From contig CAZBRD010000016.1 in NCBI GenBank assembly GCA_964494205.1, positions 11,077-75,076 on the forward strand: 64,000 nt of DNA, written 5' to 3'. This document shows positions 47,878 to 56,922 of the stretch, in pieces. The stretch is from an uncultured Phycisphaeraceae bacterium (GTDB taxonomy: Bacteria; Planctomycetota; Phycisphaerae; UBA1845). Within the stretch, counting starts at the first letter, position 1. Each line of letters opens with the position of its first letter. The position numbers were made by a program, and so were the translations under genes. Below the pieces are notes generated by a model. That model was not told the DNA's origin, ran no database searches, and saw only the letters and a list, made by a program, of their open reading frames with translations.

Positions 47878-48687
47878 ATGTCATACGAGACGGAACCCGC
47901 GGTCGACGTGGCGACCCTGGACAAACCGCAACCACCAGCGGCTCGCTTCCGCCACCTGTTTTGCTATCGCATCGACGGCGACCTTCGCTACATCTCGCAT
48001 CACGACACCGTCCGCATGTTCCAGCGCGCCATCGCCCGCGCGGATTTACCAGTGAAATTTTCCGAAGGCTTCAACCCGCATTCGCGCATTCAGTTTCCGC
48101 TGCCGCGCCCCGTGGGCATCGCCTCAGACGCGGAATACGTCTTGATCGACTACGCCGAACAGATTGACCCCCAGCGCGCCATGGAAGCCTTGGCCGCCAA
48201 GATGCCGGCCGACATAACACTACTGAGCGCGCGCGAAGTTGTTCTGGGCGAGAAGTTCCTCCCGAATTTCGTCAGATATCAACTTCAACTTAGTTTGTCC
48301 GAAGGGACTCCTACTACCGTTGATGCAGTTCTTTCTCCCTCGCCCCTTTGGACGGAGTGCGACCAAAGCGGGAGCACGACGGGTCGGGGTGAGGGGCTCT
48401 CGAATGAGGAGCCTGTTAGCAGGAACGACCTCCTCGCCCGCATCGCCCATTGCAACACCGCCGACTCGCTTCCCGCCACACGAGTCGACAACAAACACAA
48501 AACAAAAAAAACCATCGACGTGCGACCTTATCTGACTAACGTCAGCCTCAAAGACAACGCCGTCGAGTTTACGTTAAGAGTGACAACAACAGGCACTGCC
48601 AGACCCGCGGAGATTGCGGAGCTTCTGGGAATTAGCGCGGTTTCGATCAATCATCGAATCCGCAGGATGGAGATTCAATGGCTCTAA
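47878..48687 (+). CDS. TIGR03936/DUF2344 radical SAM-linked protein carrying an in-frame repeat insertion
   Basis: LRYISHHD...RAIARADLPVKFSEGFNPH..PVGIAS and KTIDVRPY motifs; upstream of rne as is usual for this family. Confidence 0.88.
   Translation: MSYETEPAVDVATLDKPQPPAARFRHLFCYRIDGDLRYISHHDTVRMFQRAIARADLPVKFSEGFNPHSRIQFPLPRPVGIASDAEYVLIDYAEQIDPQRAMEALAAKMPADITLLSAREVVLGEKFLPNFVRYQLQLSLSEGTPTTVDAVLSPSPLWTECDQSGSTTGRGEGLSNEEPVSRNDLLARIAHCNTADSLPATRVDNKHKTKKTIDVRPYLTNVSLKDNAVEFTLRVTTTGTARPAEIAELLGISAVSINHRIRRMEIQWL
48335..48401 (+). repeat. Family B long-form repeat inside a coding sequence
   Basis: CTCCCTCGCCCCTTTGGACGGAGTGCGACCAAAGCGGGAGCACGACGGGTCGGGGTGAGGGGCTCTC aligns with the intergenic copy at 44546-44611. 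Confidence 0.85.
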
Positions 48688-51080
48688 ACACCGATGGGGC
48701 AAAGGACGCCCCTGCGAGCAAAGATAAAACAAAAGCAAAAAAGACAACGGCGCGAACGCCCAAGAAAACCACGCGCACCACAACAAAAGCAGTAAAGGAA
48801 ACAGCCGCGCAAACGGAAGTCGCTGCGCCTGCCTCACGCAAGAAAACAACCGAAGCAGATCGACCCGTGAAGGTTCCGCGCGCCCGTCGCACGCGCCGCA
48901 ACCCCAAAGCCGCAGTCACAGAACCAGTCGTCGCGGATGTTTCCACCACCGCAGCGCCAATCGTCGAATCTGAACCAGTCGTCGTCTGGCCCATGAACGA
49001 AAATGACGAAATGGAAGACGCTCGCGCCATGGTCGCGCACATGACCAACATCATCGTCGACGCGCCGATGGATCGCACTTCCCGCTTCGACTTCGACCGC
49101 GAAGCGCCCAACGATCGCACCGATCACGATTTCGAATTCCCGATCCGCGGCGAACCCGACGACAACGGTCAGGACGTAGCCCTCGAAGACGCCCCCGCCG
49201 AATTCGTGGATGACGAGCCAACCGACGAACCCGCCGCGCCGTCCACCACCGATCGCCGACCGCCGGACAGGGACGATCGACGCGATCGCCGCGGCCCGCG
49301 CCGTCGTGGTCGTCGAGGTCGAGGCCGCGATGCCGCCAAGAAAGAACCGACTCCGGTCGAAGAACCCGTCGACGAGGACGAAAGCGACGTCCCCACGCTG
49401 ACCGAAATCTCCCGCTTCGTCACCACCAGCGCCCCCGGTCGCGGCGGTCAATCCATCCGCGAGATGGTCATCAACGTCTCCGGCACCGACGAATGTCGCA
49501 TCGCCGTACTTCAAGACAACCGTCTCGAAGAACTCTTCATCGAGCGCCGCTCCACCGAATCCCACGTCGGCAACATCTACAAAGGCCGCGTCGTCAACGT
49601 CGAGCCCAGCATCCAGGCCGCCTTCATCGACTTCGGCCTCCCCAAGCACGGCTTCCTGCACATCTCCGACGTGCAGCCGCAGTACTTCCCCGACAGCAAA
49701 GGCCAACCCGAAGAGGTCGGCCGCAAAACCCCGCGACACCACCGCCCACCCATTCAACGTTGCTTCCGTCGCGGCCAGGAGGTCATGGTCCAGATCATTA
49801 AGGAAGGCGTCGGCACCAAAGGCCCCACGCTCACGACCTACCTCTCCATTCCCGGCCGCTTCCTCGTCATGATGCCCGGCATGAGTCGTTCCGGCGTCTC
49901 GCGCAAAATCGAAGACGAAGACGCCCGCCGCCAGATGCGCGTCATCATGGACGAGCTCAAACTCCCGCAGAGCATGGGCTTCATCCTTCGCACCGCCGGC
50001 ATGGGCCGCACCAAGCGCGAGCTCCAGCGCGACCTCAACTATCTCATGCGCCTCTGGAAAACAGTCGTCGATCGCGTCAAGACCAACCCCTCCCCAGCCG
50101 AGCTCTATCGCGAATCCGACCTCGTCACGCGCACCATCCGCGATGTCTACTCCGCCGATTTCACGCGTCTCGTCATCGACGACGCCAAAACGGCGCAGAA
50201 AGCATTGGAGTTTCTGCAGATCGCCATGCCTCGCGCCAAAACCGTCGTCGAGCTATACCTCGAGCGCGAGCCGATCTTCCACCGCTTCGGCATCGAAGAC
50301 GAAATCGACCGCATCAACCAGCGTCACGTCCCGCTGAAGTCCGGCGGCTCGCTCGTCATCGACAGCACCGAAGCCCTCGTCGCCATCGACGTAAACAGTG
50401 GCAAGTTCCGCTCACCCGAAGACGCCGAGGAAACAGCCTACAAACTCAACCTCGAAGCCGCAGAGGAAATCGCCCGCCAACTCCGCCTTCGCGATCTCGG
50501 CGGCCTCATCATCTGCGACTTCATCGATATGCGGCAGGATCGCCACAAGCGTAACGTCGAACGCGCCCTCCGCGACGCACTCAAGAAACACAAGGAGCGC
50601 GCCCGCATCCTCCGCATGAGCGCCTTCGGCCTCATCGAAATGACCCGCCAGCGCCAAGGCCCATCCATCAAGCGCAACATCTACTTCGATTGCCCGCATT
50701 GCAAAGGTGCAGGCCAGGTGAAAATGCCAGAGTCTGTCATCTTGGACGTGATGCGCCTCATCCAACTCGCCACGCATCAGCAACAAGTGCAAAAGGTGAC
50801 CGCCGCCGTCGCCAGCACCGTCGCGTTCCAGTTGCTCAACACCAAGCGCGCCGCCCTTGCGGAGATCGAAACCCAAACCGGCAAGACCATCATCGTCCGC
50901 AGCGACCCGGGCTTCACCAGCGATCAGGTCGAAATCACCTGCACCGACGCCCGCGCGCAAATCGTCACCATCCCCGGCCTCAAAGCGTCCGACCTCTCCT
51001 TCGAACGCCGCCCCCGCGGCTGGGGCAAAAACAGAGAGGTCGTCGAATCGGCAGACACGAACGGCGAATTCGAGGTGTAA
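48678..51080 (+). CDS. rne: Ribonuclease E/G family endoribonuclease with long disordered N-terminus
   Basis: VGNIYKGRV..EPSIQAAF, AIDVNSG, RLRDLGGLIICDFIDM, EMTRQR and CPHCKG motifs. Confidence 0.95.
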   Translation: MALNTDGAKDAPASKDKTKAKKTTARTPKKTTRTTTKAVKETAAQTEVAAPASRKKTTEADRPVKVPRARRTRRNPKAAVTEPVVADVSTTAAPIVESEPVVVWPMNENDEMEDARAMVAHMTNIIVDAPMDRTSRFDFDREAPNDRTDHDFEFPIRGEPDDNGQDVALEDAPAEFVDDEPTDEPAAPSTTDRRPPDRDDRRDRRGPRRRGRRGRGRDAAKKEPTPVEEPVDEDESDVPTLTEISRFVTTSAPGRGGQSIREMVINVSGTDECRIAVLQDNRLEELFIERRSTESHVGNIYKGRVVNVEPSIQAAFIDFGLPKHGFLHISDVQPQYFPDSKGQPEEVGRKTPRHHRPPIQRCFRRGQEVMVQIIKEGVGTKGPTLTTYLSIPGRFLVMMPGMSRSGVSRKIEDEDARRQMRVIMDELKLPQSMGFILRTAGMGRTKRELQRDLNYLMRLWKTVVDRVKTNPSPAELYRESDLVTRTIRDVYSADFTRLVIDDAKTAQKALEFLQIAMPRAKTVVELYLEREPIFHRFGIEDEIDRINQRHVPLKSGGSLVIDSTEALVAIDVNSGKFRSPEDAEETAYKLNLEAAEEIARQLRLRDLGGLIICDFIDMRQDRHKRNVERALRDALKKHKERARILRMSAFGLIEMTRQRQGPSIKRNIYFDCPHCKGAGQVKMPESVILDVMRLIQLATHQQQVQKVTAAVASTVAFQLLNTKRAALAEIETQTGKTIIVRSDPGFTSDQVEITCTDARAQIVTIPGLKASDLSFERRPRGWGKNREVVESADTNGEFEV

Positions 51081-51110
51081 GAATCTGACGCCAACGGCGA
51101 TTTCGAAATG

Positions 51111-52342
51111 TCGCCAGCATCGTATTCATCAGAGCCGCGAGCGCAAGCGACCGGTTCTGCCAATCCTCGTTTGAACATGCCGATTCATTGTCAATCAATC
51201 GGCCCATTCGGGAGGTGTCTGCGATGTAGAGACACAGCCCCCATTCGCACTGAAAGTGCGTTGGTAGCCCAGCCCAGGGCAACGCCCTGGGTCGCCTCGC
51301 ACAACGGTTCTCGCTCTGAAAGAGCGAGAGCGCAAGTTCGGCGTAACACGATGGGGCAAGACCGAAACGAATCAATCCATTGGAAGACTCGATTTGGCAT
51401 CATATTCACGTCTTGATTCGCGATTCGCGGAATGTGCCTTATACGAATCCCAGTATTCATTCGCTGGTTGCCAAGTCATGTCACGTAGTGACAGCGCGAG
51501 AATAGCCCAGTCTTTCAAGGCTGGGTAATGCGTTGATAGGCGAGCCGAAGTGCCAAAGGCACGACAGATCGATTAATAAGAGCGCCGTTCCCTAATGGAG
51601 TGCGTATTACTCTCCCACGGTGCTTATGCTCGCACGCCCAATGCCCCCAACGGGGGCACAGGTGTGTAGCCAGTGGTGCAGCGCAGCGAAACCCCTGGAC
51701 ATCAATCCCCCAAAAACGCCAAGCCCCAATCGGGGCGAAGGATCTCGGGTGCGGTATCCATATCCTGTACTCAACGAGTTTGTTTCAACTGTTTGCGCGT
51801 ATGCGTCATCTGTCCCGTTAGGGACAGGCCGAAAATAGCCCAGCATTTCAATGCTGGGTAAGCATACGGCGCAACAAGTTTGAGTGCCGTAGGCACGATT
51901 GAACGGCGGCGATAAGAGCGCAGATATCTAATTGGATTGCGCAGGAAAGTCCTGCTACTAACGTCGACTTTTGGGCGTAAGAATCCGAACTCGTTGCGTA
52001 GGTAAAGGATCCATCAAGGCGGCGAATCCGCCTGCACGAACAGCGCTTTCGGTGTTTAGCCAGCAGCGTATTCATCAGAGCCCTTTGCGCAGGCAAAGGT
52101 CCCATTAGAGCCGCGAGCGCAAGCGACCGGTTCAACAGGACGAGATTCGCGAAATCCACCATCAAAGCAAGCAACCTAGTTCCCTCCCCCTCTTAGGGGG
52201 AGGGCAGGGTGGGGGTCTCTCGCCAGCGTTAACCTCGCCGCTCCTGTGCCCCCAACGGGGGCAAAGGCATGTAGCCAGGGGTGGAGCGCAGCGAAACCCC
52301 TGGACATCAATCCCCCAAAAACGCCAAGCCCCAATCGGGGCG
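51111..52342. repeat. Cluster of at least nine palindromic repeat elements from families B, C and E
   Basis: C at 51127, 52078 and 52108; E-like at 51246, 51479 and 51811; 96-bp near-identical pair at 51642-51737 and 52247-52342; B at 52181. Confidence 0.85.
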
Positions 52343-52479
52343 CAGTAAATTCCAACCTGCATCGCAGAACAAACCGCCGACAACCATCGTATAGTTTCCT
52401 GTACACGCGTCACAATTCGTCGCATAGTAGAAAGCAGATTCCACGCGGACGCCTGCGTCCTGATCATTGGAGCGAAGCC

Positions 52480-54990
52480 ATGTCGCCAATTATGCTGATG
52501 ATGAGTTTTGCATTCCAAAGTTCTATTGTTCCTTTCCTGACCATCTCCCCACAACTTGACCCTGAATCTTGCGACACCCCCAAATGGATCGCGGGCCTCT
52601 TTGGTTTCCCCGGTCCATCAGGAGGTGCGTTTTCGTTGGCCGTCTATGACGAGGGAGCGGGCCCGATGCTCTTCGTGAGTGGCGGTCTCACAGCTTCTGG
52701 GCTGCCTGCCCCGGGAATCGCAAGATGGGATGGGCGAATTTGGTCGAACGTCGGCGGAGGAATGTCTAACAATTCACCCCTCACGACATACTCATTTCCT
52801 GTCAATGCCCTGACTGTATTTGATGATGGAACCGGTGCGGCGCTCTATGCGGGCGGCAATTTCGACATAGCTGGAGATTTTCCAGCAAACAACATCGCCC
52901 GCTGGGATGGCCAAAACTGGACGCCTCTTGGGTTGGGTGTAAACGGGGCAATCTCTTCGATGACCACATTCGATGGATCGCTCGTCGTAGGCGGCACCTT
53001 TTCCATGGCAGGAGCTGCGATGGCAAATCGCGTAGCCAAATGGGACGGGCAGACTTGGTCGAACCTCGGCGAAGGTCTTACCAGCGGTACCCTCACAGCA
53101 CTGATCTCGACTTCAAATTCGGAAGGCGACTTCCTGTTTGCGGCACGTCGTTTCGCAACCACTCAGACAGGTTCTGTTGACCGATGGGATGGTATCACAT
53201 GGTCACCCTTGGGTTCGGGAATGGAAGGCTACGTTCTCGCGCTGGCCTGGTTTGACGACGGCACGGGTCCGGCACTATTTGCGGCGGGCACGTTCACGCT
53301 TGCGGACGAAGTTCCTTGCGAACGAGTCGCCAAGTGGAATGGAAAAACGTGGGAACCGCTCGCAAGCGGAATCAATAATATTGTCTATTCACTCAACGTT
53401 TTCGATGACGGTCAAGGATCAAGGCTATTAGCGAGCGGGCAGTTTAATCACGCGGGCGGAATCGATGTGCAGGGCGCTGCGACATGGGATGGGCATGCTT
53501 GGTCGCCGGAACCAGTGATCGACGGTTATCCCATAGTGAGGCAAGTAGGGAGCTACAACGATGGCCAATCGGATTCTCAATACGCTGTCGGCCAGTTTCA
53601 CTATTTTGAAGACTTCGGTGGTAACGGAAACGCCCTCAGTATTCTCAGTTGGAATGGCTTTGAGTGGCAAACGGTCGGGCTAGGGCTGAGGTCCGAGGAA
53701 TTCGTCGATTTGTATCAAGTCATTACGGGTCTCAAGGCGTTTGATGACGGCTCAGGAACGGCGCTTTTTACCACGCGATTCGAAAATGCCTCGCAAGCGA
53801 TCATTGCAAAATCGAACGGTCGCTCATGGGAGCCGGCAAATGAAGGAATCACTTGGAATTCCAATTCCTATAACCGCAAGTCTGTTTTCGCTGAATTTGA
53901 TGATGGAACAGGAAGCGCCCTTTATTTGGGCGGAGATATCTCCGTAACAGGTGATCGACCCGGTTCGCATATCGCGAAATGGAACGGTGAGTACTGGGAA
54001 TCCGTCGGTGGTGGTACCGACGGTCCCGTGGCCGCAATGATTGTGTTTGACGACGGAGGTGGTCCCGCACTCATTGTTGCTGGTGGGTTCCAACAGGCGG
54101 GTGACATACACGCGAACGGTATTGCAAAGTGGGATGGTCAAACCTGGCACGCATCTTATGAAGGATTGCCGCTCGGTTATTTATACACCTTGGCCGTCTT
54201 TGATGATGGGACCGGGTCCAAAATCTATGCAGGCGGAGTTTGGGGCCAGCAGGTATATGTTTATCGCTGGAGCGGAGAACACTGGGAACCTTTTGGTACA
54301 TGGGGTTCGGAACTGGGCTTGGGGCCTGTTCGTTCGCTTGCAGCATACGATGACGGCAGCGGACCGAAGCTGTTCGCCGCAGGTGAACCGCATCAGTCGG
54401 GCCAGAGTGGTTGGACTTCACGAGTGCTTCAATGGTCCGATGGACAATGGTCCGCACTGCCCGGCACTTTCACTAGGGGCAGTGATTTCTTAGGCCCGAC
54501 AGTGCTTACATTGGAAGTCCTCAATGACGGCAGCGGCTCCGCGCTCTATGCCATGGGCCCTGTCAGCAGAATGGGCGGCTTCACGACGGGAGACCTCAAT
54601 GTGAACGGCATCGTTCGTTGGAACGGATCGCAATGGAGCACTCTAGATGGCGGCCTGCGGCATCGTAATTCTGGTACAGCCCCAATGGTTTATGGAGCCG
54701 CCACATTCGACGATGGAACCGGGAATGCCCTTTTCTTCGGCGGCACTTTCAAGACCGCTGACGGCTGGCCCTCTGTAGGACTTGCCAAGTGGGGCTGCGA
54801 TGTCCGCCAACCAATCCACGGCGACCTTGACTTTGACGGCCATGTCGCACTCGACGACTTGGCTGTACTGACCAATTGTTTCAACGGTCCGAACCCGACA
54901 AATAACGATTGCGCCGAGTTCGATCCGCACCCCGACTTTGATATGGACTTGCAGGACTTCGCCGTACTCCAGCGCAATTTCTCAGAATAA
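52480..54990 (+). CDS. Beta-propeller repeat protein (14 FDDGxG...WDG repeats) with C-terminal dockerin-like module
   Basis: 14 repeats of FDDG(T/S)G(P/S)ALY.GG..IA(R/K)WDG..W counted (two degenerate); GDLDFDGHVALDD...DFDMDLQDF; ATG 52480 after GGAG. Confidence 0.85.
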   Translation: MSPIMLMMSFAFQSSIVPFLTISPQLDPESCDTPKWIAGLFGFPGPSGGAFSLAVYDEGAGPMLFVSGGLTASGLPAPGIARWDGRIWSNVGGGMSNNSPLTTYSFPVNALTVFDDGTGAALYAGGNFDIAGDFPANNIARWDGQNWTPLGLGVNGAISSMTTFDGSLVVGGTFSMAGAAMANRVAKWDGQTWSNLGEGLTSGTLTALISTSNSEGDFLFAARRFATTQTGSVDRWDGITWSPLGSGMEGYVLALAWFDDGTGPALFAAGTFTLADEVPCERVAKWNGKTWEPLASGINNIVYSLNVFDDGQGSRLLASGQFNHAGGIDVQGAATWDGHAWSPEPVIDGYPIVRQVGSYNDGQSDSQYAVGQFHYFEDFGGNGNALSILSWNGFEWQTVGLGLRSEEFVDLYQVITGLKAFDDGSGTALFTTRFENASQAIIAKSNGRSWEPANEGITWNSNSYNRKSVFAEFDDGTGSALYLGGDISVTGDRPGSHIAKWNGEYWESVGGGTDGPVAAMIVFDDGGGPALIVAGGFQQAGDIHANGIAKWDGQTWHASYEGLPLGYLYTLAVFDDGTGSKIYAGGVWGQQVYVYRWSGEHWEPFGTWGSELGLGPVRSLAAYDDGSGPKLFAAGEPHQSGQSGWTSRVLQWSDGQWSALPGTFTRGSDFLGPTVLTLEVLNDGSGSALYAMGPVSRMGGFTTGDLNVNGIVRWNGSQWSTLDGGLRHRNSGTAPMVYGAATFDDGTGNALFFGGTFKTADGWPSVGLAKWGCDVRQPIHGDLDFDGHVALDDLAVLTNCFNGPNPTNNDCAEFDPHPDFDMDLQDFAVLQRNFSE

Positions 54991-55000
54991 GACTTGCGAG

Positions 55001-55250
55001 AGCCATGTAGGTCGGGTCCGCAGACCCGACGCATCCTGTTCTTGTGTACGTCGATCTGTTACTTCCCCGCCCGCTCCCTCCCCTGAAACACCCCAGCGAT
55101 CACCGGTGTTGTTATCGCACAGGCGCAGCCATGTAGGTCGGGTCCGCAGACCCGACACATCCGCTTCTTGCACATATCGAGCTGTTACTAACCGTCCGCT
55201 CACCCATCTTTGAAGATCCCAGCGATCACCGATGTTGTTATCACATATGC
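55001..55250 (+). repeat. Tandem 126-bp duplication, each unit headed by a GTAG REP hairpin
   Basis: AGCCATGTAGGTCGGGTCCGCAGACCCGAC at 55001 and 55127; tails also similar (CCCAGCGATCACCG.TGTTGTTATC). Confidence 0.85.
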
Positions 55251-55590
55251 GAAGATAATTCACCGATCGCACCCAACGGGATGTCGGGTGGGTTCTCTGA
55301 ACCCACCTGCTTGAATCGTCTACTGGATTCGATCGTAAGAGGCACCACCATGCGCCAACCGCCGCTTCATCGAACCTCACTATCTCCCGCCCACAACATC
55401 GCCTCCGAAATTCTGCGCGAAAAAAGAATTCTCATTTCAAATTCCTCGCTTCCAACCTCCCAGCCGCGAATTTCGCTTGCGCCGCGCAAGAAGGCAGAAA
55501 CAAAAACCCGCGTTTTCAGCGAAAGAACAAGCTCTCTTCAACGCCGCGCAACGCCAACTCTTCGACGTGATCTCCATCCGGTCACTTATT

Positions 55591-55953
55591 CTTGGTGTCT
55601 TTGTGCCTTTGTGGTTATGTACTTCCAATTATCAATCGCCAACACTCCGACTTTAGGCGTTTTGGTTTTAGGCTTTAGGTTTTCAATGGCTCTTCGTAAT
55701 TCGTCATTAGTAATTCGTAATTCTGAAAAGTGCCACACCGTGTCACTACTTAACGAAATTTTTCACGCGTAGCCATTTAGCCATTTGCATGCACCGCTTT
55801 ACAAAATCCGGCCCAGCCAAACAAAAATGGCGAGGTTCAATCCCCGCCATGAAGAGTCGCTAATCTGGGCCGGAAAAGATGCAGGGTGGGTTCGCAAAAC
55901 CCACCCCCAAAAAGTGTTTGGACGTTTAGACTTTTCGACGTTTGGACGTTTAG
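55591..55953. repeat. Cluster of short tandem repeats (7-9-mers)
   Basis: CTTTGTGCC-type 55591-55616; TTTAGGC-type 55652-55683; TTCGTAA x4 55693-55723; TTTGGACG-type 55917-55953. Confidence 0.7.
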
Positions 55954-55954
55954 T

Positions 55955-56353
55955 TTACGCCCCAACCGTCGCCAGCTTGCTGTTGACGTAATTAACCACG
56001 GCATTCACCGTGAACAAGTTCGAAAGGTTCGCCACCAGCGGCTGCTGCTCGAGCTGCGAAAAATCAGTATGCGGCATCGCGCTCTTGATCTTCGCCATAC
56101 CCGCTTCGGTGATGCGGTCGCCCTCACGATAGGCCGCGTTGCTCAGCACATCGTCGGGGAACAACTCGCCCTTGGGGATCTTGAACCCAAAGGCCTTTTC
56201 CAGGCGGAACACAATGTCGAGTATGTCGATGCTCTCCGCTCCCAGGTCGCCAAACAGCGTAGCCTCCGGCGTCACTTCGTCGTCGTCGACGCCCAGCGCG
56301 TCGGTCAGCACCGCCCGAACCTTCTCAAACACTTCGTCTCGGCTTGTTGCCAT
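55955..56353 (-). CDS. Acyl carrier protein, long form with internal insertion
   Basis: DLGAESIDILDIVFRLEKAF (Ser attachment site) and C-terminal FTVNAVVNYV. Confidence 0.9.
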   Translation of the reverse strand: MATSRDEVFEKVRAVLTDALGVDDDEVTPEATLFGDLGAESIDILDIVFRLEKAFGFKIPKGELFPDDVLSNAAYREGDRITEAGMAKIKSAMPHTDFSQLEQQPLVANLSNLFTVNAVVNYVNSKLATVGA

Positions 56354-56378
56354 ATCCGCCAACTACCTCCGTCATCAA

Positions 56379-56861
56379 TCAAACAATTCGACCGCTTGGC
56401 CGAATCAAAGCAAATCGCTCACGGGCCGCCGAAATCATTCGAGCGTCCTGCTCCCGGCTCCCGGTTCCCTTCTCGAAAAGGCAAAAATGCCTTAACCCGA
56501 ATTTCGCCCGGACCACTTCCTGCTGGCCGCAAAACCCGACGCCGTCGAACTCGCTCTCAGCCAGTTCCAGTCGACGACAGTTTACTTCAATCCGCAGCAG
56601 ATTGCCCGGTTTCACAAAGCTCTTATATGTTACGTTTCTCGCCTCGCGGAGCAAGATCACGCTGTTCGCAAAGTCCTGTGCATCCCGCACAAGCCACGCA
56701 GCTGATTCAGCCAGCGCCTCCAGCATCAGCACACCGGGCAACACCGGAAACGTAGGAAAATGGTCCGCCAGATATTCCTCGGAAAGCGAGACAGCCTTGA
56801 CCGCGATAATCCGCTGCCCACGTTCCAACTCGACGATGCTGTCAACCAATCCGAATTTCAT
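56379..56861 (-). CDS. 3-hydroxyacyl-ACP dehydratase, FabZ family
   Basis: EEYLADHFPTFPVLPGVLMLEA and FVKPG motifs. Confidence 0.9.
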   Translation of the reverse strand: MKFGLVDSIVELERGQRIIAVKAVSLSEEYLADHFPTFPVLPGVLMLEALAESAAWLVRDAQDFANSVILLREARNVTYKSFVKPGNLLRIEVNCRRLELAESEFDGVGFCGQQEVVRAKFGLRHFCLFEKGTGSREQDARMISAARERFALIRPSGRIV

Positions 56862-56922
56862 TGCCGCCAGTGCCGTGATCAACCTCGGATCGGTTCAACA
56901 TGCGAGCGTCGATGTTGTTCTA

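Noticed and set aside
51081-52479. Possible CRISPR array
   Set aside because: Repeats belong to different families with irregular spacing, and there are no cas genes in the window
52246-52479. N-terminal extension of the 914-aa ORF and small ORFs at 51108-51861
   Set aside because: They are translations of repeat DNA (same peptide at 51620 and 52246); a better start with RBS exists at 52480
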